Source of the DNA: an uncultured virus (IMG/VR IMGVR_UViG_3300042344_000419)
Lineage: Duplodnaviria > Heunggongvirae > Uroviricota > Caudoviricetes
Length of the DNA stretch: 64,000 bases
Reading direction: 5' to 3' (one strand)
IMG/VR virus record: IMGVR_UViG_3300042344_000419
Shown: one piece after another, positions 7,680-18,408 of the stretch
How positions within the stretch are numbered: the stretch's first letter is position 1
Layout: every line of letters begins with the position of its first letter
Program-made: the position numbers and the translations under genes
Notes under the pieces: generated by a model
Told to the model about the DNA's origin: nothing
The model's database searches: none
Seen by the model: only the letters and a program-made list of their open reading frames with translations

Positions 7680-10127
7680 ATGGCCAACGAATCTGATTTA
7701 ACCCTATTTGATGGTCAGTATAATTGGACTAGGGGGATGGATTCGTCGTTAGCCCCTCAAATAGCCGACCCAGAGTCCGTAAGACTTGGGATTAATGTGA
7801 CTTTTCGTGGCGGGCGTGCAAAGACTAGACCCGGCTTTCAGCAAATCTTTTTGACCGACGACCCCGACTACCCCGGCAGTCTTGCCCTTTATTCTACTGG
7901 CCGAGATGCCCAAAATGCAAAAACTGGTAACTATTTCCAAGGGGCTTTCTTTTACGTCAACAAAACAGATCCCAACAAATCGTGCTTAATCGTTTGCTCG
8001 GGAGGATATGTATTTAGAATACGCCCAGTTGAGGGATATGTAGCTCGGTTACCAGTTTCAGAGTACTCGGTTATTGATAACGCAGGGACATTTCGTTGGG
8101 ACTCCACAAGAAGGGTTTATTATTGCCAAGCGGAAAAATACCTAATCATCCAAAACGGGCTCGATAAGCCCTTGATATTTGACGGAGAGGTAGTTTACCA
8201 GGTTGGCGTAGGATCACTTGATACTATCGGAAATATCGCATCCGTGCCCGTTGGAACCTTTATGACTTACGGGCAGGGGAGACTTTTTGTGGTTAACCCA
8301 GAAAAAGATAGTTTTACGGCTGGCGATATTGTTTACGGTGGGTCAACAAACCAAGTTGCTTTAAACTTTTCTTCTGTCGGGGCTACGACAATAATTCAAA
8401 CAGTAGCAAACCACGGCTTTGCAGATAACTCTGTTGTTACGATTTCTGGCCACAGCTCTTCGCCCGATATCAATGGTACTTGGCGCATTACCCTTTTAAG
8501 CGCAAACACCTTCTCTATTCCAGTTGGGCTTTCAACAAGGGGTACAGGAGGGTTTGCCTCAGTTGCGCTTACAGGCAGAGATTCAGATTTACTTAGGTTT
8601 ACCGAAACAACGTATTTAAATGAAGGTGGTAGTTTTCAAATCCCATCTCAGATGGGGAGCATCCGAGGAATGATCTTTCAGCCAATCTCCGATACGGCTA
8701 CTGGGCAAGGCGACCTTTTGGTGTTTGGGGAAAGGGGAGCAGTTTCTTTTGCTGTAGCAAACCCTAGAGATGACTGGAAAAACCTTTCTGGCTTTATGCG
8801 TGTTGCTCTCGACAACATCGGCCTTGTTGCAGACCGATCGCTTGTAACGATCAACAACGATATCTTCTTCAGAAGCCTCGACGGTCTAAGAAGCTATCGC
8901 CACGCAAGAGCTCAAATTGAAGGTTATAATACAACTCCGCTCAGCTCAGAAATGGACGCGGTTATGGATTATGACACCGAAGGTCTCCTTGGTGATAGCT
9001 CCGCTGTTTATTTTGATAATCGACTTCTATATACTGTAAGTCCCCGCGAAAATTACGACAACATCGAGGACGAGCCGATTAAGTTAAGACCCATCTCCCA
9101 TCGCGGTTTGGGGGTACTTGATTTTAACTCGATGGGAAGCTCTGGAAATAAGCGGCCTGCTATTTTTGATGGTGTGTGGACTGGCGTCGACACTCTTCAG
9201 CTTGTAACTGGGGTCACTCGAAGGCTTCCAAGATGTTTCGTTTTCGCTTATGACACCGATTCTAACAGCAATTTGCTTTGGGAAAACTATCCTTGGGCTC
9301 TGTTTGATTTTCCACTTGGAGCCTCTAGCCGGAAGATTCCGTGCGCAATTGAGACGAGATCCTTTGACTTCAAAACCCCCTTTAACCTAAAGAAACTAAC
9401 CCGAGGTGATCTTTGGATTGCAGAGTTGTCCGGGGATACCTTAGTTAACGCTTATTGGAGACCAGACGAAAACCCTTGCTGGTTCAATTGGCATACTTTT
9501 AACACCTGTGCCGAAACTGAAACTTGTATTACTGGGATTGCCAACACTTCCGCAGTTTCTGGGATAAGCGTTGTTTCATTTTCCGGCCGTACCCAAGAGT
9601 TGGCCACAACCTGGAAGATATCGTTTACCGAGCCTTCTACTCAATTCTATATAAGACTTGGGAACACAAGGGCGACATTTAGAGATTTCAACACGACTCT
9701 ACAAACTTGGTCAACCACGACAGCCAGCACTTTGCAGCAGGCCCTAAACACCGCTTTGTTAACAGCCAACCCAGTAACAGCCAACCCAGGCACCGCTTCC
9801 GAAAACCCAAATTCTCCGATAACTTGTTCGGTAACCAGAGAGAATAACGATTTCACAATCGTATTTTCAATCGCAGTAGAAGCTCCAATTGCGCTCCCAG
9901 CTCCGTCAACTTGTGGGGTCTATCTGCCAGCGAATGTACGCGACCAATACAGATCCCAAATTCGCCTGCCCACACCATCCAACGAATGTGTTACTGCAAA
10001 CAATACTTTGGCTAAAGTTGGCCACACCTTTCAATTCCGCTTTGAGTGGGAAGGGCAATTCGCAATTTCAAAGGTTATGTTTACTGCTTCGAGACTTATC
10101 GAGCAGGTTGGAGGATCTTGCCCATGA
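7680..10127 (+). CDS. putative tail nozzle/stabilisation protein (tail tubular B / P22 gp10-like)
   Basis: 815 aa, beta-propeller-like; N-terminal GMDS..P motif; insert ..NHGF..NSVVTISG. Confidence 0.6.
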   Translation: MANESDLTLFDGQYNWTRGMDSSLAPQIADPESVRLGINVTFRGGRAKTRPGFQQIFLTDDPDYPGSLALYSTGRDAQNAKTGNYFQGAFFYVNKTDPNKSCLIVCSGGYVFRIRPVEGYVARLPVSEYSVIDNAGTFRWDSTRRVYYCQAEKYLIIQNGLDKPLIFDGEVVYQVGVGSLDTIGNIASVPVGTFMTYGQGRLFVVNPEKDSFTAGDIVYGGSTNQVALNFSSVGATTIIQTVANHGFADNSVVTISGHSSSPDINGTWRITLLSANTFSIPVGLSTRGTGGFASVALTGRDSDLLRFTETTYLNEGGSFQIPSQMGSIRGMIFQPISDTATGQGDLLVFGERGAVSFAVANPRDDWKNLSGFMRVALDNIGLVADRSLVTINNDIFFRSLDGLRSYRHARAQIEGYNTTPLSSEMDAVMDYDTEGLLGDSSAVYFDNRLLYTVSPRENYDNIEDEPIKLRPISHRGLGVLDFNSMGSSGNKRPAIFDGVWTGVDTLQLVTGVTRRLPRCFVFAYDTDSNSNLLWENYPWALFDFPLGASSRKIPCAIETRSFDFKTPFNLKKLTRGDLWIAELSGDTLVNAYWRPDENPCWFNWHTFNTCAETETCITGIANTSAVSGISVVSFSGRTQELATTWKISFTEPSTQFYIRLGNTRATFRDFNTTLQTWSTTTASTLQQALNTALLTANPVTANPGTASENPNSPITCSVTRENNDFTIVFSIAVEAPIALPAPSTCGVYLPANVRDQYRSQIRLPTPSNECVTANNTLAKVGHTFQFRFEWEGQFAISKVMFTASRLIEQVGGSCP

Positions 10128-10306
10128 GTGATGAGTGTCGAGCTCTTGAATGCGGATGCTTCCAAGGCGTCTTTTCGGATATTGTATTTGGTGTAGTAGA
10201 AGTCCGAGATTATTTAGCTGACGAAAACAATATCCCATTTGTTATCGAGAACCCCGAACAATCAGGGTTTCAGACTATTGATGGCGAATATCTGGAGCTA
10301 AACTAA
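10124..10306 (+). CDS. small hypothetical virion protein
   Basis: ATGA overlap upstream, TAATG overlap downstream. Confidence 0.55.
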   Translation: MSDECRALECGCFQGVFSDIVFGVVEVRDYLADENNIPFVIENPEQSGFQTIDGEYLELN

Positions 10307-11100
10307 TGTCTACCCGCATCAGCAGCCTTACTACAGAGGCAAACCCACAGACAAACATTCTCCTGCCTTGTTTGGTATCTGGAGTTACACGGAAGGTTAC
10401 GCTAAACTCAGTTCTTAATTCCGTTACTGGTGGTACAGTAATAGCTGCGAATGTAACTGGTGGTTCTGGTATATCGGTTGCAATCGAGGGGACTGGGGAT
10501 GCAAAGAGTTTAACTGTTTCCTTTAATGTGCCTGGGCTAATTGTTCCTTTCGCCGGAGGAGCTACAACCGAACCTTCGGGTTGGCTTTTCTGCAACGGAC
10601 AAGCGATTTCTAGAACCGACTACTCATCTTTGTTTGGCGTGGTCGGCACTACCTATGGTAGCGGAAACGGCACAACGACATTCAACATCCCAGACCTCCG
10701 TGGTCGAATTCCTTTTGGGGTTGCCGCAAACTCTTCAACAGCAAGCCCTTTAAATGGAGCAACCTTTGGTTCTGGAAACTTTCATACCTTAGCCTCTTCA
10801 GGCGGACAAGAAAACCATCTAATAACTGCCGCCCAAACTCCAGTTAAAGACCATACTCATTCTGCCTCTGGTTCGATGACTGTGTTCGGTGACTATTCCG
10901 ATACCCAAAACTTCGATGATCCAAACGTACCTCCGCCAGAAAACTATTCTGACTTTGGAAACTTAGGTGAAATTGCTCCCGGCACTCAAAAAACTATATC
11001 TTCTACTGCCAGCTCTTCTGCTCTTACCTCTGTTGCAGCCGCCTTACCTCATTCAAATATTCCCCCAGTAATAGTCTTAAGTTACCTAATAAAGACCTAA
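10306..11100 (+). CDS. tail collar domain protein (short fibre) 1
   Basis: PSGWLFCNGQAISRTDYSSLFGVVGTTYG..TFNIPDLRGR. Confidence 0.85.
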   Translation: MSTRISSLTTEANPQTNILLPCLVSGVTRKVTLNSVLNSVTGGTVIAANVTGGSGISVAIEGTGDAKSLTVSFNVPGLIVPFAGGATTEPSGWLFCNGQAISRTDYSSLFGVVGTTYGSGNGTTTFNIPDLRGRIPFGVAANSSTASPLNGATFGSGNFHTLASSGGQENHLITAAQTPVKDHTHSASGSMTVFGDYSDTQNFDDPNVPPPENYSDFGNLGEIAPGTQKTISSTASSSALTSVAAALPHSNIPPVIVLSYLIKT

Positions 11101-11102
11101 TT

Positions 11103-11852
11103 ATGCCAAATTTTAAAGTGACCAACTTAACAACTGCAAATGCTGTTGCAGAGGATTCTGTTTTACCTTGTCTCCAGAATGGAGTCACAAAACAAATATC
11201 TGTTCTTCAGATTAAAAACTTCTTTGACGACGGAACAGTAACTCAAATATCGTCAGGGGAAGCCATACGTTGTGACCCAAATCCAATTACGGTTACTGGT
11301 ACTATATCGTTCTCAAGCCCAGGCTTGATGTCGCTTTATGCTGGCTCAGCCGACCCTAGTGGTTGGCTTATTTGTGATGGTAGGTCTTTGGCTGTTTCAC
11401 AGTACTCAGACTTATTTAGCTCTGTTGGTTATACCTATGGCGGCTCGGGAGCCAACTTTAACATCCCCAATTTAGTTGGGCGTTCTGTTTTTGGCCTAGA
11501 CAACATGGAACTAGGTGCAGCTGGTAGGGTTACGGTTGCTGGCTCTTCCACGCTTGGGCAGACCGCTGGTAGCAGGCAACACACACTTTCAGCCGATCAA
11601 ACACCGCTTGTGAGCCATACGCATTCATTCTCGGGGAGCTTTAACTTCAACGCAGACCCAAAAAGGACTGGTAATAATTCTAGCCATGCGACGGGATTCC
11701 CACGATCTAGCTTTAATACTAGCAGTGGAGGAGCCAACACGTCTTTAACCTTAAGCATTAACACTTCATCTTCAGCTACAGGAGCAAATGCGCCAGAGGC
11801 GCACCCAAACCTACCGCCCTTCTTGCTCTTAAACTGGATTATAAAAATATGA
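11103..11852 (+). CDS. tail collar domain protein 2
   Basis: PSGWLICDGRSL..YSDLF..GYTYGG..FNIPNLVGR. Confidence 0.85.
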   Translation: MPNFKVTNLTTANAVAEDSVLPCLQNGVTKQISVLQIKNFFDDGTVTQISSGEAIRCDPNPITVTGTISFSSPGLMSLYAGSADPSGWLICDGRSLAVSQYSDLFSSVGYTYGGSGANFNIPNLVGRSVFGLDNMELGAAGRVTVAGSSTLGQTAGSRQHTLSADQTPLVSHTHSFSGSFNFNADPKRTGNNSSHATGFPRSSFNTSSGGANTSLTLSINTSSSATGANAPEAHPNLPPFLLLNWIIKI

Positions 11853-12616
11853 ATATATCTTATTTACCCGAAGTCGTTAGCCCAACAGGCGATCTGACCA
11901 TCCCAGTAGTCTCGCAAGGACAATCTAAAAAAGTATTACTTAGTACCTTAGGGACTACTTTTTCTGGCTCTGGAAACGTTTCAAGGGTTGTTTCGGGTAA
12001 CAATATTATGTTAAACCCCTCCGCAATTACAAAAACAGGGGTTGCTAACTTCTATTTTCCAGGCTCTCTTTATCCTCTCCCAAGCACAAACATCCCGGCT
12101 GGTTGGCTTCTTTGCCAAGGTCAGGAAGTTTCTCGGGTGGTTTATAAGAACTTATTTGATGTCATTGGTGTAAGTTATGGGCCGGGAGACAATCGAATCA
12201 CCTTTAATTTACCCGATTTACGAGGTCGAACCATTGTCGGGCTTGAAACTATGGGTGGCTCCGTTTCCTCGGGGCGTTTAACTAATTCTAGACCTGGCAA
12301 CCTAGATGCGTCTGTTCGAGGCAACACAGGCGGGAATCAATCCCATACCCTTATAAGCCAAGAGGTCGGCTTACAATCTCACAACCATACTCATAGCCTA
12401 ACTGCAAGTTTTGGAGGGGATGTGGAGAGGGGTAATAGGGGAAATGGTGGGGATGGGGGTGAATCTGGTCGCTTCCCTCCTGGTTCGAGCCTAGGCAGTT
12501 CGCGTGCAGTAACCCTAAACTACTCTTTTACAAATAACGCAGCTTCGAACTCCTCAGCAACAAGTCATCCAAATCTCCCACCCCTTGTCTTTTTAAATTG
12601 GGTGATAAAGTTCTGA
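11849..12616 (+). CDS. tail collar domain protein 3
   Basis: PAGWLLCQGQEVSR..YKNLFDVIG..TFNLPDLRGR. Confidence 0.85.
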   Translation: MNISYLPEVVSPTGDLTIPVVSQGQSKKVLLSTLGTTFSGSGNVSRVVSGNNIMLNPSAITKTGVANFYFPGSLYPLPSTNIPAGWLLCQGQEVSRVVYKNLFDVIGVSYGPGDNRITFNLPDLRGRTIVGLETMGGSVSSGRLTNSRPGNLDASVRGNTGGNQSHTLISQEVGLQSHNHTHSLTASFGGDVERGNRGNGGDGGESGRFPPGSSLGSSRAVTLNYSFTNNAASNSSATSHPNLPPLVFLNWVIKF

Positions 12617-12617
12617 T

Positions 12618-12986
12618 ATGGCTCTAATTTCTGGTTCTCTCCCCCCACAAACCTGTTACGGGACGCCCCAGCAACTATTGGATTTGTTTGCGCAATATCT
12701 CTCGCCACCCACGCAAAATGTAGTTTTAGAAGGTTCGCTTACCTATGATTTCCCAGTTACTCCAGGTGGGATTGTTGGTACCAACAGCACGGCAACCTTA
12801 AGTGTGGCCGGGGCAAGCGTGGGAGACCCTGTTTTGGTGGGACTACCTTCAAGCCCTACGTCGGGCGTTGTGTTTGATGCTTATGTGGCTTCCCCCAACA
12901 GCGTAACGGTAAGATGTAACTACCTAACCACAACCGCCAACCCAGGATCACAAACCTTTAAGATCAAGGTTTTCAAGGTTTCCTAA
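12618..12986 (+). CDS. hypothetical tail protein
   Basis: 122-aa beta-rich ORF within the tail operon. Confidence 0.6.
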   Translation: MALISGSLPPQTCYGTPQQLLDLFAQYLSPPTQNVVLEGSLTYDFPVTPGGIVGTNSTATLSVAGASVGDPVLVGLPSSPTSGVVFDAYVASPNSVTVRCNYLTTTANPGSQTFKIKVFKVS

Positions 12987-14270
12987 ATGCCGCTCACCCT
13001 TCTTGAAGCTAAGGCGGCGCTTTCACCTTTTGTCGATAATGGCGTTTGCCCAACTGATTCTCGAGTTGTAGCCAGAATTAACGAGGCACAGCGAAGGCTG
13101 CATAGTCTTCGTGCTTGGCTCGGTGTTCTTGCAAGGTATTCCGTCACCGTCGTTAATAATCAATTTACCCTCCCGCCAGCTACCTCAAATATAACTACTC
13201 CCGCTGGTTTTGGTCTTGAGAGTGCAATGCGAGTTTCCTCGACAACTTCTGCGGAAGGTTTTCTGACCAACGGGATTCAAGCATACTTAACCGACACCAC
13301 AGACGTCCTACCCCTAAACTTTGTCCCGTCATCAAGCAATTTTCGAACCTACTCAATTGAGGGTCAGGCTCCAGCTCGAGTCGAGATTACTGGTAAATTA
13401 AACTTCGTAGCGGCCGCTTCGGATACCGACCTTCTGATTATTGACGACGTGGATGCCCTCAAGCTTATGATTCTGGCTCTGTATCGCGAGGAGAACAATC
13501 AACTTGAATTGGCTCAAGCTCTCGAAAATAAAGCAGTCGAACGTTTAACTTCCAAAACAGATCAAGCCTTAGAGGCCGCGAGACGGATTAACTTCCAAAC
13601 CAAACGAGCCAGCACGATCCCAAATAGTCTGGGAGATATGCGAGCCAAACTTGCCTTAGACTTGAACCTAGGGGTTAGGACTTCCGACGCTGAAATGGTT
13701 GAATTACTCAATACTGCGGAGGAAGCCTTGTTTGCCAGAGGGTGCTGGTATGGGACGATTGAGACTTACCGAGTCAATGTCACCAACACCAATGAGATTC
13801 TTTTGCCCACCCAAATTGGGACTGTGCTTGGGATTACTATGGGAGGATCTTCCGTTTCCGTTTTTGATCGAAGATATGATTTCCATGAAAACGGTCCTGG
13901 TTACCAAGAAAAAGATACCTCGGGTTATGATATGCTTATCGATCGAGGTGAAGTCTATGTAAACAATGAGTGGAAGCGGCGTTATTTTATCCGAGATTCA
14001 AAAGCCGTTGAATGCGTGAACATCTTAGCCAAGAAAAGGTGGTTACCGAAGTACCGGGATAGCGAAAAGATGGACATACGGAACTACCCCGCGATCAAAG
14101 AAATGGTGCAGGCGCTAAAAAGCCAAGAGCCAGAAAAAGTCGTTTTCTACGAAAACAAAGCAATCGCGTTATTGCAAAAAGAACTTTCAGAAATGCGAGG
14201 AGGAGCCAAGGGACACATTCAAGTGCAAATGAAGAACTTTGCATTGAGCGAAATCCCTTCCTTAATGTAA
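12987..14270 (+). CDS. putative head-tail adaptor/tail tubular A-like protein, internally duplicated
   Basis: two similar halves (..RINEAQRRL../..LLNTAEEAL..; ENKAVERL/ENKAIALL). Confidence 0.5.
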   Translation: MPLTLLEAKAALSPFVDNGVCPTDSRVVARINEAQRRLHSLRAWLGVLARYSVTVVNNQFTLPPATSNITTPAGFGLESAMRVSSTTSAEGFLTNGIQAYLTDTTDVLPLNFVPSSSNFRTYSIEGQAPARVEITGKLNFVAAASDTDLLIIDDVDALKLMILALYREENNQLELAQALENKAVERLTSKTDQALEAARRINFQTKRASTIPNSLGDMRAKLALDLNLGVRTSDAEMVELLNTAEEALFARGCWYGTIETYRVNVTNTNEILLPTQIGTVLGITMGGSSVSVFDRRYDFHENGPGYQEKDTSGYDMLIDRGEVYVNNEWKRRYFIRDSKAVECVNILAKKRWLPKYRDSEKMDIRNYPAIKEMVQALKSQEPEKVVFYENKAIALLQKELSEMRGGAKGHIQVQMKNFALSEIPSLM

Positions 14271-14449
14271 TGGCCTTTCAAATCACACCTACTTGCGACG
14301 AGATTGCGCCGACGCTAACAACGTTGTGCGAAGATGTTGCTTCGACCGCAGTATCCTTATGCGCCTCGCTCAACTCTTGGCAGGGTTACACGCTTAGCCC
14401 AGGTGAGCATTGGCAGAACGTATACCTTATGTGGAACTTTGCCGAATGA
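14270..14449 (+). CDS. 59-aa hypothetical protein (not in ORF track)
   Basis: MAFQITPTCDE...WNFAE; TAATG and ATGA coupling on both sides. Confidence 0.6.
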   Translation: MAFQITPTCDEIAPTLTTLCEDVASTAVSLCASLNSWQGYTLSPGEHWQNVYLMWNFAE

Positions 14450-17400
14450 GTACGCTCTTTGATCGCACGATTGCCGAGAGCTATAAAGAGCTCTTAAAGA
14501 CGGCCTCGACAGGCGGCGTAAACTCGTCTCTAACGATTGTCGAGGATGGGGACGCAACAGCTTCAGCCCTCCAGATTTCAACGACAACAGTCAAGTCTTC
14601 TGGAAGTCTCGAGGTTGTAGGTCCCGCAACTCTCACTTCGACTCTCTCGGTTACTGGTGCCTCCACGCTTACTGGTAATGTCTCAATGGGTGGGGATCTG
14701 ACAGTTGCTGGAAATGCCGTTATTCAGGGAACTTTGACGGCTAATGGTGGAACCTTGACACTTGGTGACGCAGACACGGACAACGTTGTTTTCAACGCCG
14801 ACATCAATTCCCACATTCTCCCAAATACAGATAACACGTACGATCTAGGCTCTGCCGCCAAAAGCTGGAGAAACCTCCACGTCGACGGCACGGCTACACT
14901 TAACAACATTTCGATTACGGGTTCTCAGACTGTATCTGCAACAACCCAGTCAACGGACAAGGACACAGGAGCTTTGGTGGTCGAGGGTGGGGTAGGGGTA
15001 GAGAAGAACGTCAATGTTGGGGGTAGCCTTGCTGTCACTGGGACAACGGGTCTTACTGGTAATACCTCTGTTACTGGAACGCTTGGTGTTGCCAACACAA
15101 TCTCAGCCACACTAGCTTCTGGAACTGGGCTTGCGGTTACGGCTAACGCTACCATTGGCGGAACTTTAGGTGTAACTGGTAATAGCAGTTTTGGGGCAAT
15201 TACCGCTGGAACTTGGCAGGGGACAATTATCAACCCCACCTATGGTGGAACTGGAGTTAACAACGGAAGTAAGACCATAACCTTAGGCGGAAACCTAACT
15301 ACGTCTGGAGCGTTTGCCACAACACTAGTCTCAACCGCCAATACGGACGTAACACTTCCAACAACTGGAACCCTGGCGACTCTTGCCAATACTGAAACGT
15401 TAACCAACAAAACTCTTACATCTCCAGTTATCTCCTCAATCTCCAATACTGGTACTTTAACTTTACCGACAAGCACCGATACTTTGATTGGAAGAGCAAC
15501 AACAGACACTCTCACCAACAAAACTCTTACGTCGCCAGTCATATCCTCAATTGTTAATACTGGGACACTCACGTTGCCCACAAGCACCGACACATTGGTG
15601 GGGAGGGCAACAACCGATACACTGGCCAATAAGACACTTACTTCCCCAGTCATATCTTCTATCTCGAATACTGGGACAATTACTCTCCCGACGAGTACCG
15701 ACACATTGGTTGGTCGAGCAACTACCGACACTTTAACCAACAAAACAATCAATCTTGCAAACAACACCCTAACCGCAACTTCTCTTCAGATCGCTACCGC
15801 TGTTAGCGACGAAACTGGAAGCGGAAGCCTAGTATTTGCGAACTCCCCAACGCTCACGACTCCAAATATCTCTTCAATCGTCAACACGGGAACTTTGTCG
15901 CTACCTACAAGCACCGACACTTTGGTTGGGAGAGCGACGACCGACACACTAACCAACAAGACGATCAACCTTTCCAGCAACACTCTCCAGGCTACTTCGG
16001 CTGAACTCGCAACTGCTATATCTGACGAGACTGGAACCGGGTCACTGGTGTTTGCAAATAGCCCAACCTTGGTTACACCAACGCTTGGGGCAGCGAGTGC
16101 GACGTCGCTTTCATTGGGCACCCCTCTTAGCCCAGCGAATGGCGGAACGGGGTTAAGCACCACAAGCGCAGCGGCCGCAGGGAAGATCCTCGGGGTAGCC
16201 CCTAACGGATCCTCCCATGAATACAAAACCCTAACCCCCGGCACAGGAATATCAATCACCGACAGCGCGGGTATAGTCACGATTACCAACACTGGAAGCG
16301 GGAGCGCTGGTGGGGGTGGTGGGTCAGCTAGTGGGGCAGTTGCGATCTATCGGTACAACGCCACGGCTGGGCAAACTGTATTCAGCGGAGTGGACACATC
16401 GTCGTCGCCAACAAGTCTTCTCTATGTCCAAAATTACGTAAACGTGTTCCTTAATGGTGTGAAGCTGGACGACTCCGATTTCACGGCTACGGACGGAACC
16501 TCGATTACTCTCAATGTGCCTTGCGTAGCTACCGACGACGTTGACATAGTTGCCTTCGGAGCCGTTCCTCAACTTGCTAATGCAGGGGGCTTACCTAACT
16601 ACGTTGTCGGCACAACCGCAGGCGGAACTGCTTTGGAATACAAACAGATTGTCGCTGGAACGGGTGTCTCAATTGCTCAAGGTGTTGGGTCCTTAACTAT
16701 CTCGGCTGGGGGAAGCCCATTGTCCGCACCTCTTGCGTCATTCCGCTATATCGCCAGTGCAAACCAAACTGTTTTTACGGGCATCGACACCAACGGTAAT
16801 CCCTTAGGCTTCACCCCCGGTTTCTTATACGTCTTTGTAAACGGAGTTCTCCTCGCCCCCTCGCTAGATTATACTACGACCTCCACCACCACGATCACGC
16901 TGACTAGCGGATGCTCTCTATCAGACTTTATAGACATCCTAGCTTTCGGGCAGGTTAACACCTTCGGTTTGGTCGACGGTAGCGTCACCACGGCGAAACT
17001 AAACTTATTAACGGGTAATGTTGGGATTGGGACTGCGAGTCCAGCGACAAAACTTCATATCGCCACAAGCGGAACATCATCAATAGATGAGACACTTCGC
17101 CTAGAAAACTCAAGCAACACCTCAAGCAATGGGAATAAGATAACATGGAGAAATGCAGGACAAACCACAGAATGTGCATTTATATCTGGATTAAGAGAGG
17201 GGGCGTCAACATCATTTGCATTAGCAATCGGAACATCGCCTAATTTTACATCAGGTGGAACGAATGCAGTTGAACGCCTCCGCATTGATTCGAGTGGGCG
17301 GGTTGGGATTGGTACTACAAGTCCATTAAAAGAATTACAAATCAACGCCACAGAACCGACAATAAGGCTTGAAGAAAGTAGTGGTGGCTCAAAGAGGTTA

Positions 17401-18405
17401 GAGCTTTCAGTCAATAGTTCTGCCGAAGCAAAGATATTTGCAAACCAAAGCGGCGGAACACTTATACTTGGAACAGTTGGCACAGAACGCCTCCGCATTG
17501 ATTCAAGTGGGAATGTTGGGATTGGGACTACGAGTCCTGCGACAAAGCTGACTGTTAGTGGATCAAGTGGAACTGGAAGCGAATTGCGAGTTGTATCAAC
17601 TACTGCAAATACTGGAGGAAAAGTAACTCTGTATGAAAATACTTCCCCATGCTGGGAAATCAATGCCCCTAGTGGTGCAAATGGACCACTTACACTAAAA
17701 GATATTTTTAACAACGCAGAACGCCTCCGCATTGATGCGAGTGGGAATTTGTTGGTTGGGAAAACATCACCAAGCACATCAACTGTTGGATTCCAGTTTG
17801 ATTTAGCTAACCAGAAGATTGCTTCTGGGGCTAATGGGGGTGCATCAGCGTTTTTTAATAGAAATGGTGATGATGGAATGATAGTTCAAATTGCACAAGA
17901 TGGAACTGTTGAGGGAACAATATCTGTAAGTGGAACAACTGTTTCGTATAACGGAGGAAATCTTTCAAGATTCTCACAGTTGCCGTCTGGACAGCGAGAT
18001 CCAGCAATTAAAAAAGGAACTGTATTGTCCAATCTTGACGCAATGTGCGAATGGAGAGACGCGGATGGCAACCTTCTTCCAAACGAGCAGCTAAACAAAG
18101 TTAAAATTTCTGATGTTGAGGGCGATTCAAATACAGCAGGCGTATTTGTAAATTGGGATAATGACGATCAAGACAATCCATACGATTTGAATATGGCAAT
18201 GACAGGAGATATGATTATCCGTATTGCTCAAGGAACAAGCGTTAATCGTGGTGATTTATTAATGTCTGCTGGCGATGGAACGGCCAAGCCTCAAGGCGAT
18301 GATATTATCCGATCTAAAACTATCGCCAAGGTTACTTCAACCAATGTTACTTGCACCTACGAGGACGGAAGTTATTGCGTCCCTTGTGTGTTGATGGCCT
18401 GCTAA
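14446..18405 (+). CDS. long tail fibre protein
   Basis: ATG 14446; Thr/Gly-rich; 37-aa repeats; ERLRIDSSG.VGIGT..P repeats; C-terminal chaperone-like domain ending ..YCVPCVLMAC. Confidence 0.85.
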   Translation: MSTLFDRTIAESYKELLKTASTGGVNSSLTIVEDGDATASALQISTTTVKSSGSLEVVGPATLTSTLSVTGASTLTGNVSMGGDLTVAGNAVIQGTLTANGGTLTLGDADTDNVVFNADINSHILPNTDNTYDLGSAAKSWRNLHVDGTATLNNISITGSQTVSATTQSTDKDTGALVVEGGVGVEKNVNVGGSLAVTGTTGLTGNTSVTGTLGVANTISATLASGTGLAVTANATIGGTLGVTGNSSFGAITAGTWQGTIINPTYGGTGVNNGSKTITLGGNLTTSGAFATTLVSTANTDVTLPTTGTLATLANTETLTNKTLTSPVISSISNTGTLTLPTSTDTLIGRATTDTLTNKTLTSPVISSIVNTGTLTLPTSTDTLVGRATTDTLANKTLTSPVISSISNTGTITLPTSTDTLVGRATTDTLTNKTINLANNTLTATSLQIATAVSDETGSGSLVFANSPTLTTPNISSIVNTGTLSLPTSTDTLVGRATTDTLTNKTINLSSNTLQATSAELATAISDETGTGSLVFANSPTLVTPTLGAASATSLSLGTPLSPANGGTGLSTTSAAAAGKILGVAPNGSSHEYKTLTPGTGISITDSAGIVTITNTGSGSAGGGGGSASGAVAIYRYNATAGQTVFSGVDTSSSPTSLLYVQNYVNVFLNGVKLDDSDFTATDGTSITLNVPCVATDDVDIVAFGAVPQLANAGGLPNYVVGTTAGGTALEYKQIVAGTGVSIAQGVGSLTISAGGSPLSAPLASFRYIASANQTVFTGIDTNGNPLGFTPGFLYVFVNGVLLAPSLDYTTTSTTTITLTSGCSLSDFIDILAFGQVNTFGLVDGSVTTAKLNLLTGNVGIGTASPATKLHIATSGTSSIDETLRLENSSNTSSNGNKITWRNAGQTTECAFISGLREGASTSFALAIGTSPNFTSGGTNAVERLRIDSSGRVGIGTTSPLKELQINATEPTIRLEESSGGSKRLELSVNSSAEAKIFANQSGGTLILGTVGTERLRIDSSGNVGIGTTSPATKLTVSGSSGTGSELRVVSTTANTGGKVTLYENTSPCWEINAPSGANGPLTLKDIFNNAERLRIDASGNLLVGKTSPSTSTVGFQFDLANQKIASGANGGASAFFNRNGDDGMIVQIAQDGTVEGTISVSGTTVSYNGGNLSRFSQLPSGQRDPAIKKGTVLSNLDAMCEWRDADGNLLPNEQLNKVKISDVEGDSNTAGVFVNWDNDDQDNPYDLNMAMTGDMIIRIAQGTSVNRGDLLMSAGDGTAKPQGDDIIRSKTIAKVTSTNVTCTYEDGSYCVPCVLMAC
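15350..16090 (+). repeat. tandem 37-aa (111-nt) and about 72-aa repeats in fibre shaft
   Basis: TLTNKTLTSPVISSISNTGTLTLPTSTDTLVGRATTD x3, then two longer units containing SDETG.GSLVFANSPTL. Confidence 0.85.
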
Positions 18406-18408
18406 TTT

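Noticed and set aside
15350..16090. CRISPR-like or DGR repeats
   Set aside because: Repeats are in-frame protein repeats with synonymous divergence; no unique spacers, adenine-specific variation or reverse transcriptase seen.
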